The translations under genes and the position numbers were made by a program. DNA of 64,000 bases from the human T2T-CHM13v2.0 reference genome, Homo sapiens: assembly GCF_009914755.1 (NCBI RefSeq), contig NC_060946.1. The stretch is one strand, 5' to 3'. Below the pieces are notes generated by a model. It made no database searches, was not told the DNA's origin, and saw nothing but the letters and a program-made list of their open reading frames with translations. Below, one piece after another: positions 1-11,432 of this stretch. Position 1 is the first letter of the stretch. The number at the start of each line of letters is the position of its first letter.

Positions 1-1835
1 ACATGAAATATCAAAAGTTAAGAGATACATCAAAAACGGTACCATAAGGGAAAAATTTATAGCTATAAATGATTATAAAAAATAAGATACCGAATCAACA
101 ACTTTACTCCTAAGGAACTAAAAACAGAGAGAAAAAGAGGGACTATTAAAGAGGGAAAACTAAAAGCTAGCAAAATTTAAAGAAAAAGATAAAGATAGCA
201 GTGGAAATAAGTGAAATAGAGAACAGAAAAACAATATCAAAAATCAACACAACCTAGTTTGTTCTCTGAAAAAGATCAAAACTGACAAAATTTTATCTAG
301 ATTGACTAAGAAAGAAAGGGAATATTCAAATAACTAAACTCAAAAATAAAATGGGTACATTAATAACAAATTTTTGGAGTAAAAAAGGGGTGTAGGAGAG
401 TACCATAAGGAACTATACACTAAAAAATTGAATAGCCTAAATAAAATGAACAAATTCCTAGAAACAAAAAACCTACTAAGACTGAATCAGAAAAGTTGAA
501 TAAACCTACTCAGCAGGAGATTCAACAGGCAGATTGCATCAGTAATCAAAAACCTAGCAACAAAGAAAAGCCTGGACCAGATGGCTTCACTGTTGAATTC
601 TACCCAATGTTTAAAGCAGAATTAACACTGCTTTTTCTCATACTTTTTCAAAACGTTGAAGAAGAGGTAATTTTTTCTAACTTATTCTATGAGGCCAGTG
701 TTACCCTGACACCAAGCCAGACAAAGGTACTATAAGAAAACTACAAACAAACATCCCTTATAAATGCTGATGCAAAAATCCTCAACAAAATACCAGCAAC
801 TCAAACTTAGCATTACATTAAAAGGATTATACACTATGAATGAGTATAATTGACTCCTGAAATGAAAGTCTGTTCCAACACATGAAAATCAGCATAATAT
901 CACATTAACATAGGGAAAAAACCCTCATGTGATCATCTTAAGCAAAGAACAAAAAGCATTTGTCAAAATTTAACCCACTTTCATGATAAAATGTACTTAA
1001 TAAACTATAAAAAGAAAGAAAACAACTTAAAATAATGCTATACAAAAAACAAAACAAAACAAAAAATCACAGCTAACATGGTGAAAGACTGAAAGCTTTT
1101 ACCCTAAGAGCAAAAACAAGCTGCCTGCTTTTACTACTTCTATTTAATATCTGTTTGCAGATGACATAACCTTATATATTAAAAATCTTTTAGTTTCTGT
1201 GAAATAAACTGTCAGATGCAATAAATAAAATTTATCAAAGCTGCAGGATACAAAATAATACACAAAAATCAGTTGTATTTCTACAATAACAATAAACTAT
1301 CTGAAGAAGAAATCAAGACAACAGTATCATGTATGATAGCATCAAAAGAATAAAATACTTAGAAACCCACTTAACCAAGGAAATGAAAAACCTGTACAGC
1401 AAAAACTAGAAACATGGCATGAAAGTATTAAAGATGACACAAATAAATGAAAAGACATCATGTGTTTATGGAATGGAAGACAAAACCTTGTCAAGGTGCC
1501 ATTGTTATCTATAGTGATCTACAGATTCAATAAAATCACTATAAAAATTCCAATATTTGCAAAAATAGAAAAACCTATTCTAAAATTCAGATGAAATCTC
1601 AAAAAAACCCCAAGCAGCCAAATCAATCTTAAAATCTAACAAAGTTAGAGGACTAACATCTCCTGGTTTCAAACTTCAGTACGCAAAACAATGCTGTACC
1701 AGCCTAGAGACAGACACAAAGACCAATGCAATAGAAATAAAGAATCAAAAAATATGGTCATGGTTTTTAACAAGGGCATCAACCCTGTTCAATGGGGAAA
1801 GACGGTATTTTTTTAAATGGTGTTAAAAACGGATA
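1..1835 (+). mobile_element. Old LINE-1 (L1M-type) ORF2 fragment, heavily decayed
   Basis: A-rich sense strand with L1 ORF2 motifs: KPGPDGFTVEFY...LFYEASVTLTP (ORF 496-735), aatgctgatgcaaaaatcctcaacaaaatac (~763-793, [10 protein letters not shown]) and ctgtttgcagatgacat (~1151, LFADD). Many stops and frameshifts. Confidence 0.9.
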
Positions 1836-2247
1836 TTTATATCTATCTATATATATATTTATGTGTATATATATTTGTATGTATGTATATATGTTTGTAT
1901 GTATATATATTTATGTGTATATACGTGTGTATATATGTATATATACATATATACATATATACATATATTCATATGTACATATATACATGTATACATATGT
2001 ACATATATACATATATACATATATATACATAGATACATAGATACATACATATATACATATATACATATATACACATATACATATATACATATATACATAC
2101 ATATATACATACATACATATATACATATATACATATATACATATATACATATATATACACATATAATACATATACACATATATACATATATACATATGTA
2201 TACACATATATACATATGTATAAATATATATATACATATATATATAT
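1836..2247. repeat. (TA)n/(TATG)n/(TACA)n compound microsatellite
   Basis: About 410 bp of alternating purine-pyrimidine AT-rich repeat, seen directly. Confidence 0.97.
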
Positions 2248-2365
2248 CCCAAATTAGCTTTTTGTCTGTCATGTATGTTGCAGATCTATTTCCCCAGTCT
2301 GTTGACTTTTGACTTTGAGGCATTTTTCTCTCATACAAAATTTTAATTTTTATGGAGTCAAATAT
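2248..2365 (-). mobile_element. Short L1M ORF2 3'-region fragment
   Basis: Minus strand reads tttgactccataaaaattaaaa...gactggggaaatagatctgcaacatacatgacagacaaaaagctaat. This resembles L1 ORF2 FDYIKIK...[13 protein letters not shown]. Confidence 0.7.
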
Positions 2366-2368
2366 AAC

Positions 2369-2425
2369 CTTGGCGCTGATCTGGTTCCCACACTGCCCGG
2401 CCTGCATGAGCATGATTTCCCTCAT
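2369..2425 (-). pseudogene. TUBB8: Beta-tubulin (TUBB8/TUBB4Q-like) exon 1 remnant, unprocessed and truncated
   Basis: Minus strand GCC ATG AGG GAA ATC ATG CTC ATG CAG GCC GGG CAG TGT GGG AAC CAG ATC AGC GCC AAG|GT translates to MREIMLMQAGQCGNQISAK. That is 19 codons followed by a GT donor, the conserved first-intron position of vertebrate beta-tubulins. No further exons are present. The exact paralog is unresolved; TUBB8 is suggested by Leu at residue 6 and the 5'UTR as recalled. Confidence 0.85.
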
Positions 2426-2550
2426 GGCCGAGGCAGGATTAGAGCGGCAGGAGAAATGCGAGAAGGAGAAGACGTGTAGCTACCCAGCCCGCCCTCCACC
2501 AATGCTGAAATAGCCCCGCGCCCACCTCACTCAGCCTCGGATTGGGCTCC
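2426..2550 (-). promoter_or_regulatory. GC-rich 5'UTR and proximal promoter remnant of the beta-tubulin copy
   Basis: Pyrimidine-rich 5'UTR ending in GCC-ATG. GC box GGGCGGG (2488-2494), TATTTC TATA-like element (2507-2512), CCAAT on the minus strand (2541-2545) and on the plus strand (2499-2503). Confidence 0.6.
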
Positions 2551-4147
2551 CAGAATAAGCAACAGCTTTACTTTCACACAGGTGTACCCACCTGTGAATC
2601 CCTTGGCGTTGAACATCTGTTGGAGAGCTCCTGTGTCCTTGCTGTGGTCCTTTTCACGTTGGGGAAAGCTGGTCAGCTGGAGAAATTCCTCCCACATCTT
2701 TAGTAAAACTAAATCCCTAGCTGAGCTGAAACTGAATTTTCCTCCCATGTGGGAGGGGAAGACTCTTGTTTCCATATACACAGAGTGCCTTTGCACCTGT
2801 CCTAGATTGATGACATATTTTTGTAATTGATGAGTCTTTTCATCTATTAGGAGATCTGTGCTTAGGAAAGGTCTTCCGAATTTTAACTCAACAGGATTTA
2901 ATTATAAGTTTTACTTTGGAGCAGTTCAAACCCACAGTAAGCTATGGTTGTTAGAGATAGGTGTCTGATTTAGCTAGAGTCTTCTTTAGGGTAGGATTAG
3001 CCCTTCCACTTTTCCATAGGACTGCGGTCTGCACACAGAGTGAAGGTAATATTGGATTCTTAAAGCTGAGGATAGGTGTTGGGATACACCTGCTGTGAAA
3101 GACGAGACATTGCCACTATTCAGGCTTTTAGATTACCCAAACTGAGGAGTTATTTCTTCTGGTAAAAATTTTTCAGATGGGGTGGGGAATGCCTCGATCT
3201 AACCAGTGAATGTATCAGTAAGCATTAGCAAATATTTGAATCTCCTGCAGAAAGGTATCTGAGTAAATTAGAGTTGCCAGTTCTCACCTGGATAGTTTCC
3301 TCAATTTTGGACAGGTTTACCTGGAGAAGGAGAAAATTGCTGGCCGTTTGGGTCATGTCAGGCACAGAGCTCACAGGGCTGAGTCACCTGTTTTGGTGTC
3401 TTGAAAAGATTTACCCCTATAAACAAATGAGACATTAAGAGAAACCAAGAATCCCTTCTAGGGTGAAAAGAATCATGAAAGTGCTGAATTATATTCCTAT
3501 GATTGGTACTTGGCATTAGTAATTTATTACCATCATTCAGCCAGCCAGAGGGACCCTGGACTGAAATGCAATCCCTGGCCCATTTTTGTTCTTCTTCAGA
3601 GTGTTCTGGCCCAGTTCTATGTATGCTGACCAACACTCCCATAAGCTTCATTGGTCCTTTCAGTGCAGGGGCCTTGGCAGCGGCATCTACAAGGGCATTT
3701 CCATTTACATGGTCAGTCTCTCTTTTGATGTCCTCTGCAATTAATTGTAGTCACTTTTTGGCAGCAAAGCAGCATTCTAACAAGCTCAAAATCTGAATGA
3801 TGTTGTAGGGAAAAGCCCTTGGGGGTCAGGAGTCCCTACCAATTCCAAATTGCAGCATAAGCATGAAGCACTAAAAACTAATACTTGGAATCAGTGTAAA
3901 TGTTAACTTTTAAATCTTTCCCAACTGCAGGGGCTGAGCAAGTTCAATTAACTCAGCTTTTTGAGCTAAGGTTGAGGCCAGCAAGATTGTGCCTTGATTC
4001 TCTTGTGCTGACTACTAATAGCATATCTACTCCTGTTTTCCTGATGCATAAAACAACTTACATCTGTTAACAACTCTCCCTTGGGATGGTCAAGGGGCTC
4101 ATCGCTCTTAAGTCTGGCCTCCTAGAATCAGTTTATTTCATAACCTG

Positions 4148-4791
4148 TGACATGCTTTGGCTGTGTCCCCAGTCAAATCTTATCTTGAATTGTAGCTCCC
4201 ATAATTCCTATATATCGTGGGAGGGACCCAGTGGGAGGTAATCGAATCAGGGGATGGGTCTTTCCCATGCTGTTCTCGTGACAGTGAATAAGACTCATGA
4301 GATCTGATGGATTATTTATTTTTGAGACATAGTTTTGCTCTGTTGCTCAGGCTGGAGTGCATTATCATGACCTTGGCTCACTGCAACCTCTGACTCCTGG
4401 GTTCAAGTGATTCTCCCATCTCAGCTTCCCGAGTAGCTGGGATTACAAGTGCCTACCACCATGCCTGTCTAATTTTTGTACCTTTACTATAGACGGGGTT
4501 TCACCATGTTGGCCAGGCTGGCCTCGATCTCCTCACTTCAGCTCATCCACTGCCTTGGCCTTCCAAAGTGCTAGGATTACAGCTGATGGCTTTATAAAGG
4601 GGAGTTTCCCTACACAAGCCCTTTTGCCTGCTGCCATGTAAGAGATGAGACTTTGCTGCTCATTTGCCTTCTGCCATGAGTGTGAGGCCTCCCCGACCAT
4701 GTGGAACAGTGAGTCAATTAAACCTCTTTTCTTTATAAATTACCCAGCCTCAGATAGGTCTTTAATAGCAGCATGAGAACAGACTAATACA
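4148..4791 (+). mobile_element. THE1 (MaLR) solo LTR inserted in ERV pol, itself interrupted by an Alu
   Basis: Begins tgacatgctttggctgtgtcccc and ends gaacagactaataca. 5-bp TSD acctg at 4143-4147 and 4792-4796. Confidence 0.9.
4311..4582 (-). mobile_element. Alu, about 20 bp 5'-truncated, inside the THE1 LTR
   Basis: Antisense Alu body flanked by ctgatgg repeats at 4304-4310 and 4583-4589. Confidence 0.93.
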
Positions 4792-7542
4792 ACCTGTATG
4801 CCAGAAAAGCTAGAAGCACCTGAGGACTCTGGCAGATAAGTAGCTGGGTTTATGGTTTGGCAGACTTTAAGTGTTATGTCTGGAGGGTCTAGCAATAAGG
4901 ACTGATACTTTCATAAATGTTCTCCTGTTATCCACTGCTGCCCTTTAGCTTCTAGGACCACCTTCCCTTGGTGAGGCGTCAAAAACCTGTAGGTGCTGTT
5001 CTGATGTTAGTTTATTAGCTTTGCCTGCTAGAAAAGTGGTAGCAACAATAGCTCTGAGACATCAAGGCCACCCTGAGGCCGCCTGGTCTATCTGCTTAGG
5101 AAATATAGCTACTGGCCTTGGAATGTCCCCCAGTTTTGGGACAAGATTACACAAGTCTTATGCCTTGCTTTTTGGTCACATGAAGAAAAAATGGTTCATC
5201 CAACTTGGGGACTCCCATGGCTGCAGCAGAGCCCAATTTCTCCTTGAGAGTATTGAAGGTTTGCTTGCCATTCTCATTACATTCTAGGAGCTCTAAATCT
5301 TTCCCTTTAGCGTATCATATAAAGGATGGGCTACATGCCCAAATCTCGGCACCCATAAGCATCAGTACCCAGCCAACTCCTAAAAAAGCCCACAGTCATT
5401 TTTTGGACAGGGACCCTTGGGTGACTAAAATAACTGTTTTATCTTCTAGGTATGTTGATCAGTTCCAGAGGTTAAGACAGATTCCAAACATTTAAGTCTT
5501 TCAATCAAAATCTGAGTCCTGTGTGGTGATGCCCTATATCTGCAAGTTCCCAGGAAATTTACCAACTTAACATTATTATTATGAATCTTGTTTAGTTGGG
5601 CTAGCAATGAGCAAGTCACCTAAATACTGAATAATTGTGTCCCTTTCCAATTGTAGATTTGTTAAGTCCTCAACTAGAGCATTTTCAAATAAGTGGGGGC
5701 TATCCCAGAACCCTTCAGAGATGACTGTCCAGGTTAGTTTTGAGGCTGAATGCATATCTGGATCAGTCCATTAAAAGGCAAACATATTATGAATCTGGAT
5801 GCATTGAGATCCAGAAAAGCGCATCTTTCAGATTTAAGAATGTAAACCAGCTTGCATCCCCTTGGACTTGGTAAGTATGGGGGACAATGAGGTTTATGGA
5901 GACAACTGCATTTCTTAATGCTCTAAGTGTTCTGACAAATGTGTACTTGCCATTAGGCTTTTTATCTGGTAACATGCGAGTATTGTAAGGAGACTCTCAT
6001 GGCCTTAATAACTCATATGGAAAGAATTTGGCAATGAGGGGTTGAATTTCCCCTCATGCTTCTTGCCTTAAAATGTATTGTCTCTTCTGAGGTCGAGGAG
6101 CACTAGGCTGAAGTTGGATTTGAATGGGGGAGGTGTTTAGTGCATTTCCCAGAGCCTGTGTGGCCCAAACCTCAAGATTTACTTGAGACAACACCTCAGG
6201 TGGCAATTGTGGCAGCTCATTCTTAACTTCTATTTTCCCCTGAGGGGTCAGGAACAAAAGTAACAGTTTCTATGCTTTATGATCTGTGAAGGTGACCATG
6301 ACTTGGTCTCCTGAGTCAACAAACCTCTCCCCAGTAAGAGGTCAGGCAATCAGACAGTACTAATAAGGCAGGCGAGAAACCTACAGGCTCTGGAGGACAA
6401 CTTAGAAGATGCAAAAATGAGTGTTTTGGGGCTTGTCCATCATGAGAAGACAGGAGCCCATTGTATTGAATCAGGACAGAGTCATCTGTTCCCACACCTA
6501 ATATGAAGTTAATACTCCCACCTGCTACTTCAAGAGTCACCTGAGGCTCCTCCATCTCTTGATAGCTAATAGGCCAATGGGAGTGGAGGTAGGAAGTAAC
6601 AGGCCCTGCCACTTTTGAATCTGCTGGGCTCTGATGATGGTTCCCTTGGAAGCACAGGGCATTTCCTTCGGCAGTGGCTGACCTTCCCACAGAAGGCACA
6701 TTGATTTATATCCAAGGCGCAGTGGCCCAGAGGCACAGACTGGGACTTTCACCTTCTCACTTCCTCTGTGAGGGCCAGGGGTTAAAGGGCTGCCTCTGAA
6801 GTGGTGGAGAGCACAAGGCTGCAGCTAGAAGCTGGGCCTCTTGGAAGATTTGCTTTATTTTATGTTTTCTCTGTCCAATTCCTGTGATGGAAAACTGCAA
6901 AATCCAAGTCTAAAATCTGATCCATGGCAGTCTGGAAGCCTAAGGCTGCTTTTGGCAGCTTCCTGCAGATATCAGAAGGAGACTGCGCTATAAATTAAAC
7001 TCCTAGCAATGCCTGTCCTTTTTTGGAGTCAGGGTCAGTGTTAGTGTATTTCCTCAATGTCTAAATTATCCACCCTTGTAATAAGGCTAGGTTTTCATCT
7101 TGTCCCTGAGTAATTTTCCAGACTTTATAAAAATTAAAAAGCTTTATCACACTTTTTTTAAAATTCCTTCATGGAGTCAAACGATCATAATTTTTTCTCT
7201 ATATATCCCACTTTCTTCCTAATTTATTTGTCTTTTCTAGATTCTAGTCCTCTTTTGGGTCCTAGTCAGGCACTGCTGTGCCTCCTACTTAAGAGGTGTC
7301 ATGCCCCTGGTTGCAGGATGCCACTCTATTAGCATGTGCTCTAGCCACTCCCATAATGCACTGCTTTTCTACCATGCAGCAGGTAAACATAAATATATGC
7401 AAATCCTGCCTGGTCAGATCATACTTCAAGGTTAGTCTTTTAAATTTGTCTATGAATTTTTCTGGAACCTCTGAAAACTCTTTTAGTTTTTCCTTGCATA
7501 TGGCTAATTCAGGTATAGAAAAGTGTACATATACCTATATAG

Positions 7543-8505
7543 TGTGGGGAAAAGAAAGATAGATCAGACTGTTACTGTGTCTATGTAGAAAGAAGTCGAC
7601 ATAAGACACTCCATTCTGTTCTGTACTAAGAAAAATTCTTCTGCCTTGAGAGGCTGTTAATCTGTAATCCTAGCCCCAACCCTGTGCTGACAGAAACCTG
7701 TGCTGTGTTGACTCAAGGTTTAATAGATTTAGGGATATGCAGGATGTGCTTTGTTAAACAAATGCCTGAAGGCAGCATGCTTGTTAAAAGTCATCACCAC
7801 TCCCTACTCTCAAGTACCCAGGGACACAAAACACTGTGAAAGACCGCAGAGACCTCTGCCAAGGAAAGCCAGGTATTGTCCAAGGTTTCTCCCCATGTGA
7901 TAGTCTGAAATATGGCCTCATGGGAAGGGAAGGACCTGACCATCCGCCAGCCTGACACCTGTAAACGGTCTGTGCTGAGGAGGATTAGTACAAGAGGAAG
8001 GTCTCTTTGCAGTTGAGATAAGACAAAGCCATCTGTCTCCTGCTCGTCCCTGGGCAATGGAATGTCTCAGTGCAAAACCCAATTGTATATTCATCTACTG
8101 AGATAGGGGAAAACTGCCTTAGGGCTGGAGGTGAGACATGCTGGAGGCAATACTGCTGTTTAAGGCATTGAGATGTTTATGTATATGCACATCAAAAGCA
8201 CAGCACTTTTTTCTTTACTTTGTTCATGATGCAGAGACATTTGTTCACATGTTTTCCTGCTGACCCTCTCTCCACTATTACCCTATTGTCCTGCCACATC
8301 CCCCTCTCTGAGAAATGCCCGATAATTATCAATAAATACTCAGGAACCTCAGAGACTGGTGCCGGCACGGGTTCTCCGTATGCTGAGCGCTGGTCCCCTG
8401 GGCCCACTTTTTCTCTATACTTTGTCTCTGCCTCTCTTTTCACAAGTCTCTCGTTCCACCTGACGAGAAACTCCCACAGGTGTGGAGAAACAGTCCACCC
8501 CTTCA
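7543..8505 (+). mobile_element. HERV-K (HML-2) solo LTR, older LTR5A/LTR5B type
   Basis: 963 bp, tgtggggaaaagaaagatagatcagactgttactg...ccaccccttca, with TG...CA termini. Perfect 6-bp TSD atatag at 7537-7542 and 8506-8511. AATAAA at 8331. Confidence 0.93.
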
Positions 8506-9839
8506 ATATAGTGTCCCTATTATCATCTGTCACTTCCCAGAGAGGGTAAACATTCAAATTTGCCGGCTGATAAGAGGCCCCACTGCATGTTGTTCTGGTG
8601 AAGCTCAGGTGTTTCAAGAGTGGGGTATGTACGTAAGACAGGACTCGAAGGGCAGGGAGAAGACGATGACCGGACACTAGATAACCCTGGAAAACTAGAA
8701 GAAATTAATAACATGTTGCACACCTCACTAGAACTGGAAGGAGTCTGACTGTGTTCTTATGGGGTGCTTGGACTGGCAGGGGGAGTTCAGCCCCAGCTAA
8801 GAAAAGCCTAATATTAAGAGGCACTTGCTTTAAAAGGGTAATCAATTACATGCCATCCCTATTTTGTCTTTTCCTTCATCAAACATATAGAAGCCCATTT
8901 TAATTTTTTATCCTGACCAAGCATCAGAGATACCTGTATATAATGTATTTCCTCCCTCTTAGTTTCTCTTCTATAAAACAAATTAAGCTGCAAAATAGGA
9001 GTCAGATCAAACAGGGGAAATGGGAAGTCTGTAACTTGTATATTGTAATGTATTAGTCCATTTTCACACTGCTATGACAAAACTGACAAAACTCTCTCAG
9101 GAAAAAAGTGACATGCTGGGTTTAGAACGTAGGGTGCAACTGCCCTATACCAGCTCATCAAAGATGGCGTTATGGCTAAGAAATGAGAGAAAACCGTTAA
9201 GAAAAAGTCTCATGTTCTTCATCTTGAGGGCAATTGTTTGCAGAAGGTTGTCATAAAAGAGGCTGTCACTAAACAGGCATATCTGATCTTATCATGTAGA
9301 GCTCTTAAATACCACATTTCAACTTCTAGTCATAATGATGGCGAGGTTACTGCTTATCTTTTCGAATAATTAAGGTACAAAAACACTAGGTTCCAAGACA
9401 ATTTTTTTTTCAGTGTCACTTGGACCAGTGGCAAATTAAACAAGCAGTCAGTTAAGAGTCAGAGGATCCCTGAGGAAAGTAAAAGCTAAACTGTTTGGGG
9501 CGTCTGTCCTGGGGCAGCCTCCAGGCTACTACAAAACAGAGGCGGTGAGCAGAAGGGTGACAAGATGTAGAGCACTCAGGTGAGGGACAGAGAGCACAAG
9601 CTGGAAAGTCCAAAAAGAGAAAGTGGCAAACATCTTGTTTAGCCAAATCCATTCTTCCCAATATTCCCCAGGGCCTCTAACCTTGTGGGCTTGGCCTCTA
9701 ATCTGAGTATGATAATAGTGGATAATCATTCTTGCCCACCAGAATGGCTTCACGACTCTAAAAGAGAGCCCACTTGCCAGGTGTTGGCTGATTGATTCTG
9801 TGTGGATTGTTTTCCTTGGAGTGGGTGTCTTGTCTTGGT

Positions 9840-9860
9840 GTCCGTTCATGGTGTTGCTGA
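9840..9860 (-). other. Degenerate primer-binding site (tRNA-Arg-like) of the ERV1 provirus
   Basis: Minus strand just after the LTR end reads tctttcagcaacaccatgaacggac, resembling the Arg PBS tggcgaccacgaagggac. Confidence 0.45.
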
Positions 9861-9864
9861 AAGA

Positions 9865-10430
9865 TGTTGCCAGAAAAGAGGGTCCTGATACAGACCACAA
9901 AGTAGGATTCTTAGATCTTCTACAGGAAAAGATTTGAGGTGAGTCAGAGAGCACAGTGAAAGAAGCAAGTTTATTAGAAATTACTCCATTACAGAGTTGG
10001 ACATCCTCAGAAAACAAGAGCAGGAATTTATTGTCTTTTGTTAGTGTCTCTACTTATAAGTAACTATAAAGAGAAAGAGCTTTAATTAAACTTGGAAGGT
10101 GCAGATGTAGTCACTAACGTCGGGGCTACTGGTTTTAACAATAACCATTAGCCCATTGACCTAAGCTAGCTCATTAATAATATCCTTACAAAAAAATGCT
10201 GCACTCTTAGGACATTTATACATTTTTCAGGCTTGGTGGAAGATGTCTTGTATGACCACAAATATTCTGCAATTGTAATTTGTGGCCAGTGAAAAAATGT
10301 GACTATTTTCAGACCATGAACATTAACCTTCTAGATGCCTTGTGAGTACCTAGCTACTCATATTAAGATATAATATTCTAGTCATGTTTATTAAACTAGA
10401 AGCTAAGTAATCATGAGTTCCTCTAATACA
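9865..10430 (-). mobile_element. 5' LTR of the ERV1 provirus (MER41-like U5 end)
   Basis: Minus strand runs tgtattagag...aataaacttgc...gaccctcttttctggcaaca, with TG...CA termini and AATAAA. The U5 end resembles MER41-type gggtctggatcgggacccctttccggtaaca. It is adjacent to the PBS and leader. The boundary at 10430 is less certain. Confidence 0.7.
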
Positions 10431-10649
10431 GCAAGTCTACTCCTCAAGGAGAAAATGTATTTCTCAGGAATTTGGTGCATTTTGTTTGATGGCATTTAGT
10501 ACGTTTACCAAAATGGCAGAAAAGAGTGAAATTAGTACTCAAAGATTTCTCAAGATTGGATATAAAGTAAACAAAATGATTATATTAATATACAAGTTGG
10601 TACAGTTGATATTGAAAAGAAATTTTGTTTGAAACACAATGAGATTTTT

Positions 10650-10971
10650 ATTTTTACTTATTATTATTATTATTGTTATTATTATTATTTTGAGACAGAG
10701 TCTTGCTCTGTTGTCCAGGCTGGAGTGCAGTGCACCCTCTTGGCTCACTGAAACCTGCGCCTCCCGGGTTCAAACAATTCTCCTTCCTCAGCCTTCCAAG
10801 TAGCTGGGATTACAGGCATGAATCACCACACCTAGCTAATATTTGTATCTTTAGTAGAGATGGGGTTTCACTCTGTTGGCCAGGCTGGTCTCAAACCCCT
10901 GACAACAGCGATCTGCCCACCTTGGCCTCCCAAATTGCTGGGATTACAGGCATGAGCTACCCCTCCCAGCC
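10650..10971 (-). mobile_element. Alu (AluS-like) with (TAT)n-converted tail
   Basis: Full antisense Alu. TSD acaatgag(a/g)ttttt at 10636-10649 and 10972-10985. Confidence 0.95.
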
Positions 10972-11294
10972 ACAATGAGGTTTTTAAATAATTCTGATTT
11001 CCTGCTCTTGAGCAGGGAGCTGAGCAAATTCAACAGACCATGGACCTAAACTAGGGGAAGACTGAGGACAAACTCTAGAACACATGTGATTAAATTAATT
11101 ACAATGGAAATCAAATCAAATTTAATAAGGCTGTACTTCTTAGTTTCAAGATGTTTCCCCTCATTTTGAAATGTGATGTTATTCCATGGAAAAGAAAACT
11201 AGTGTTTATCTCCAGAGTAAAGAACAGGGTTCCCTGCAGGGATTGATTGACTGAGAACTATGGCTCAGGATTAAAAATCCTTCTTTTTTCCATT

Positions 11295-11432
11295 TATAAA
11301 CTAAAAATAAATTTCTAAACCCCTGTTGACTAAATGGACCTCTCTTCTTGGATAGAGATATTCCAAAGTTAACCTGAAAAGCTAGTTCAAGCCATGGGTC
11401 ACACATGCCTCATTATACTCTCCTCCCTTTGG
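11295..11432 (+). mobile_element. MER4-family LTR 5' fragment, interrupted by L1MA
   Basis: tataaactaaaaataaatttctaa...ttccaaagttaacctgaaaagctagttcaagccatg...catgcctcattatactctcctcccttt matches the MER4 LTR start as recalled. Confidence 0.7.

Larger units (their letters stand above)
3240..9864 (-). mobile_element. ERV1 (gamma-like, MER4-group) proviral internal region: leader-gag-pro-pol, 3'-truncated within integrase
   Basis: Minus-strand translations: gag (PILQLNLFYRRE ~8960-9000; VHFSIPELAICKEKLKEFSEVPEKFIDKF ~7440-7530), protease (EEPQVTLEVAGGSINFILGVGTDDSVL ~6470-6550), RT (KKPNGKYTFV...WFTFLNLKDALF, 5787-5975) and integrase HHCC (HFHDSFH...PCELCA, 3358-3490). No env or 3' LTR is seen. 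Confidence 0.85.

Noticed and set aside
1792-2312. Y/I/H/C/M/V-rich ORFs
   Set aside because: These are translations of the TA/TACA microsatellite.
8192-8677. 161-aa minus-strand ORF
   Set aside because: It is a chance fusion of decayed gag with antisense LTR5, not a cellular gene.
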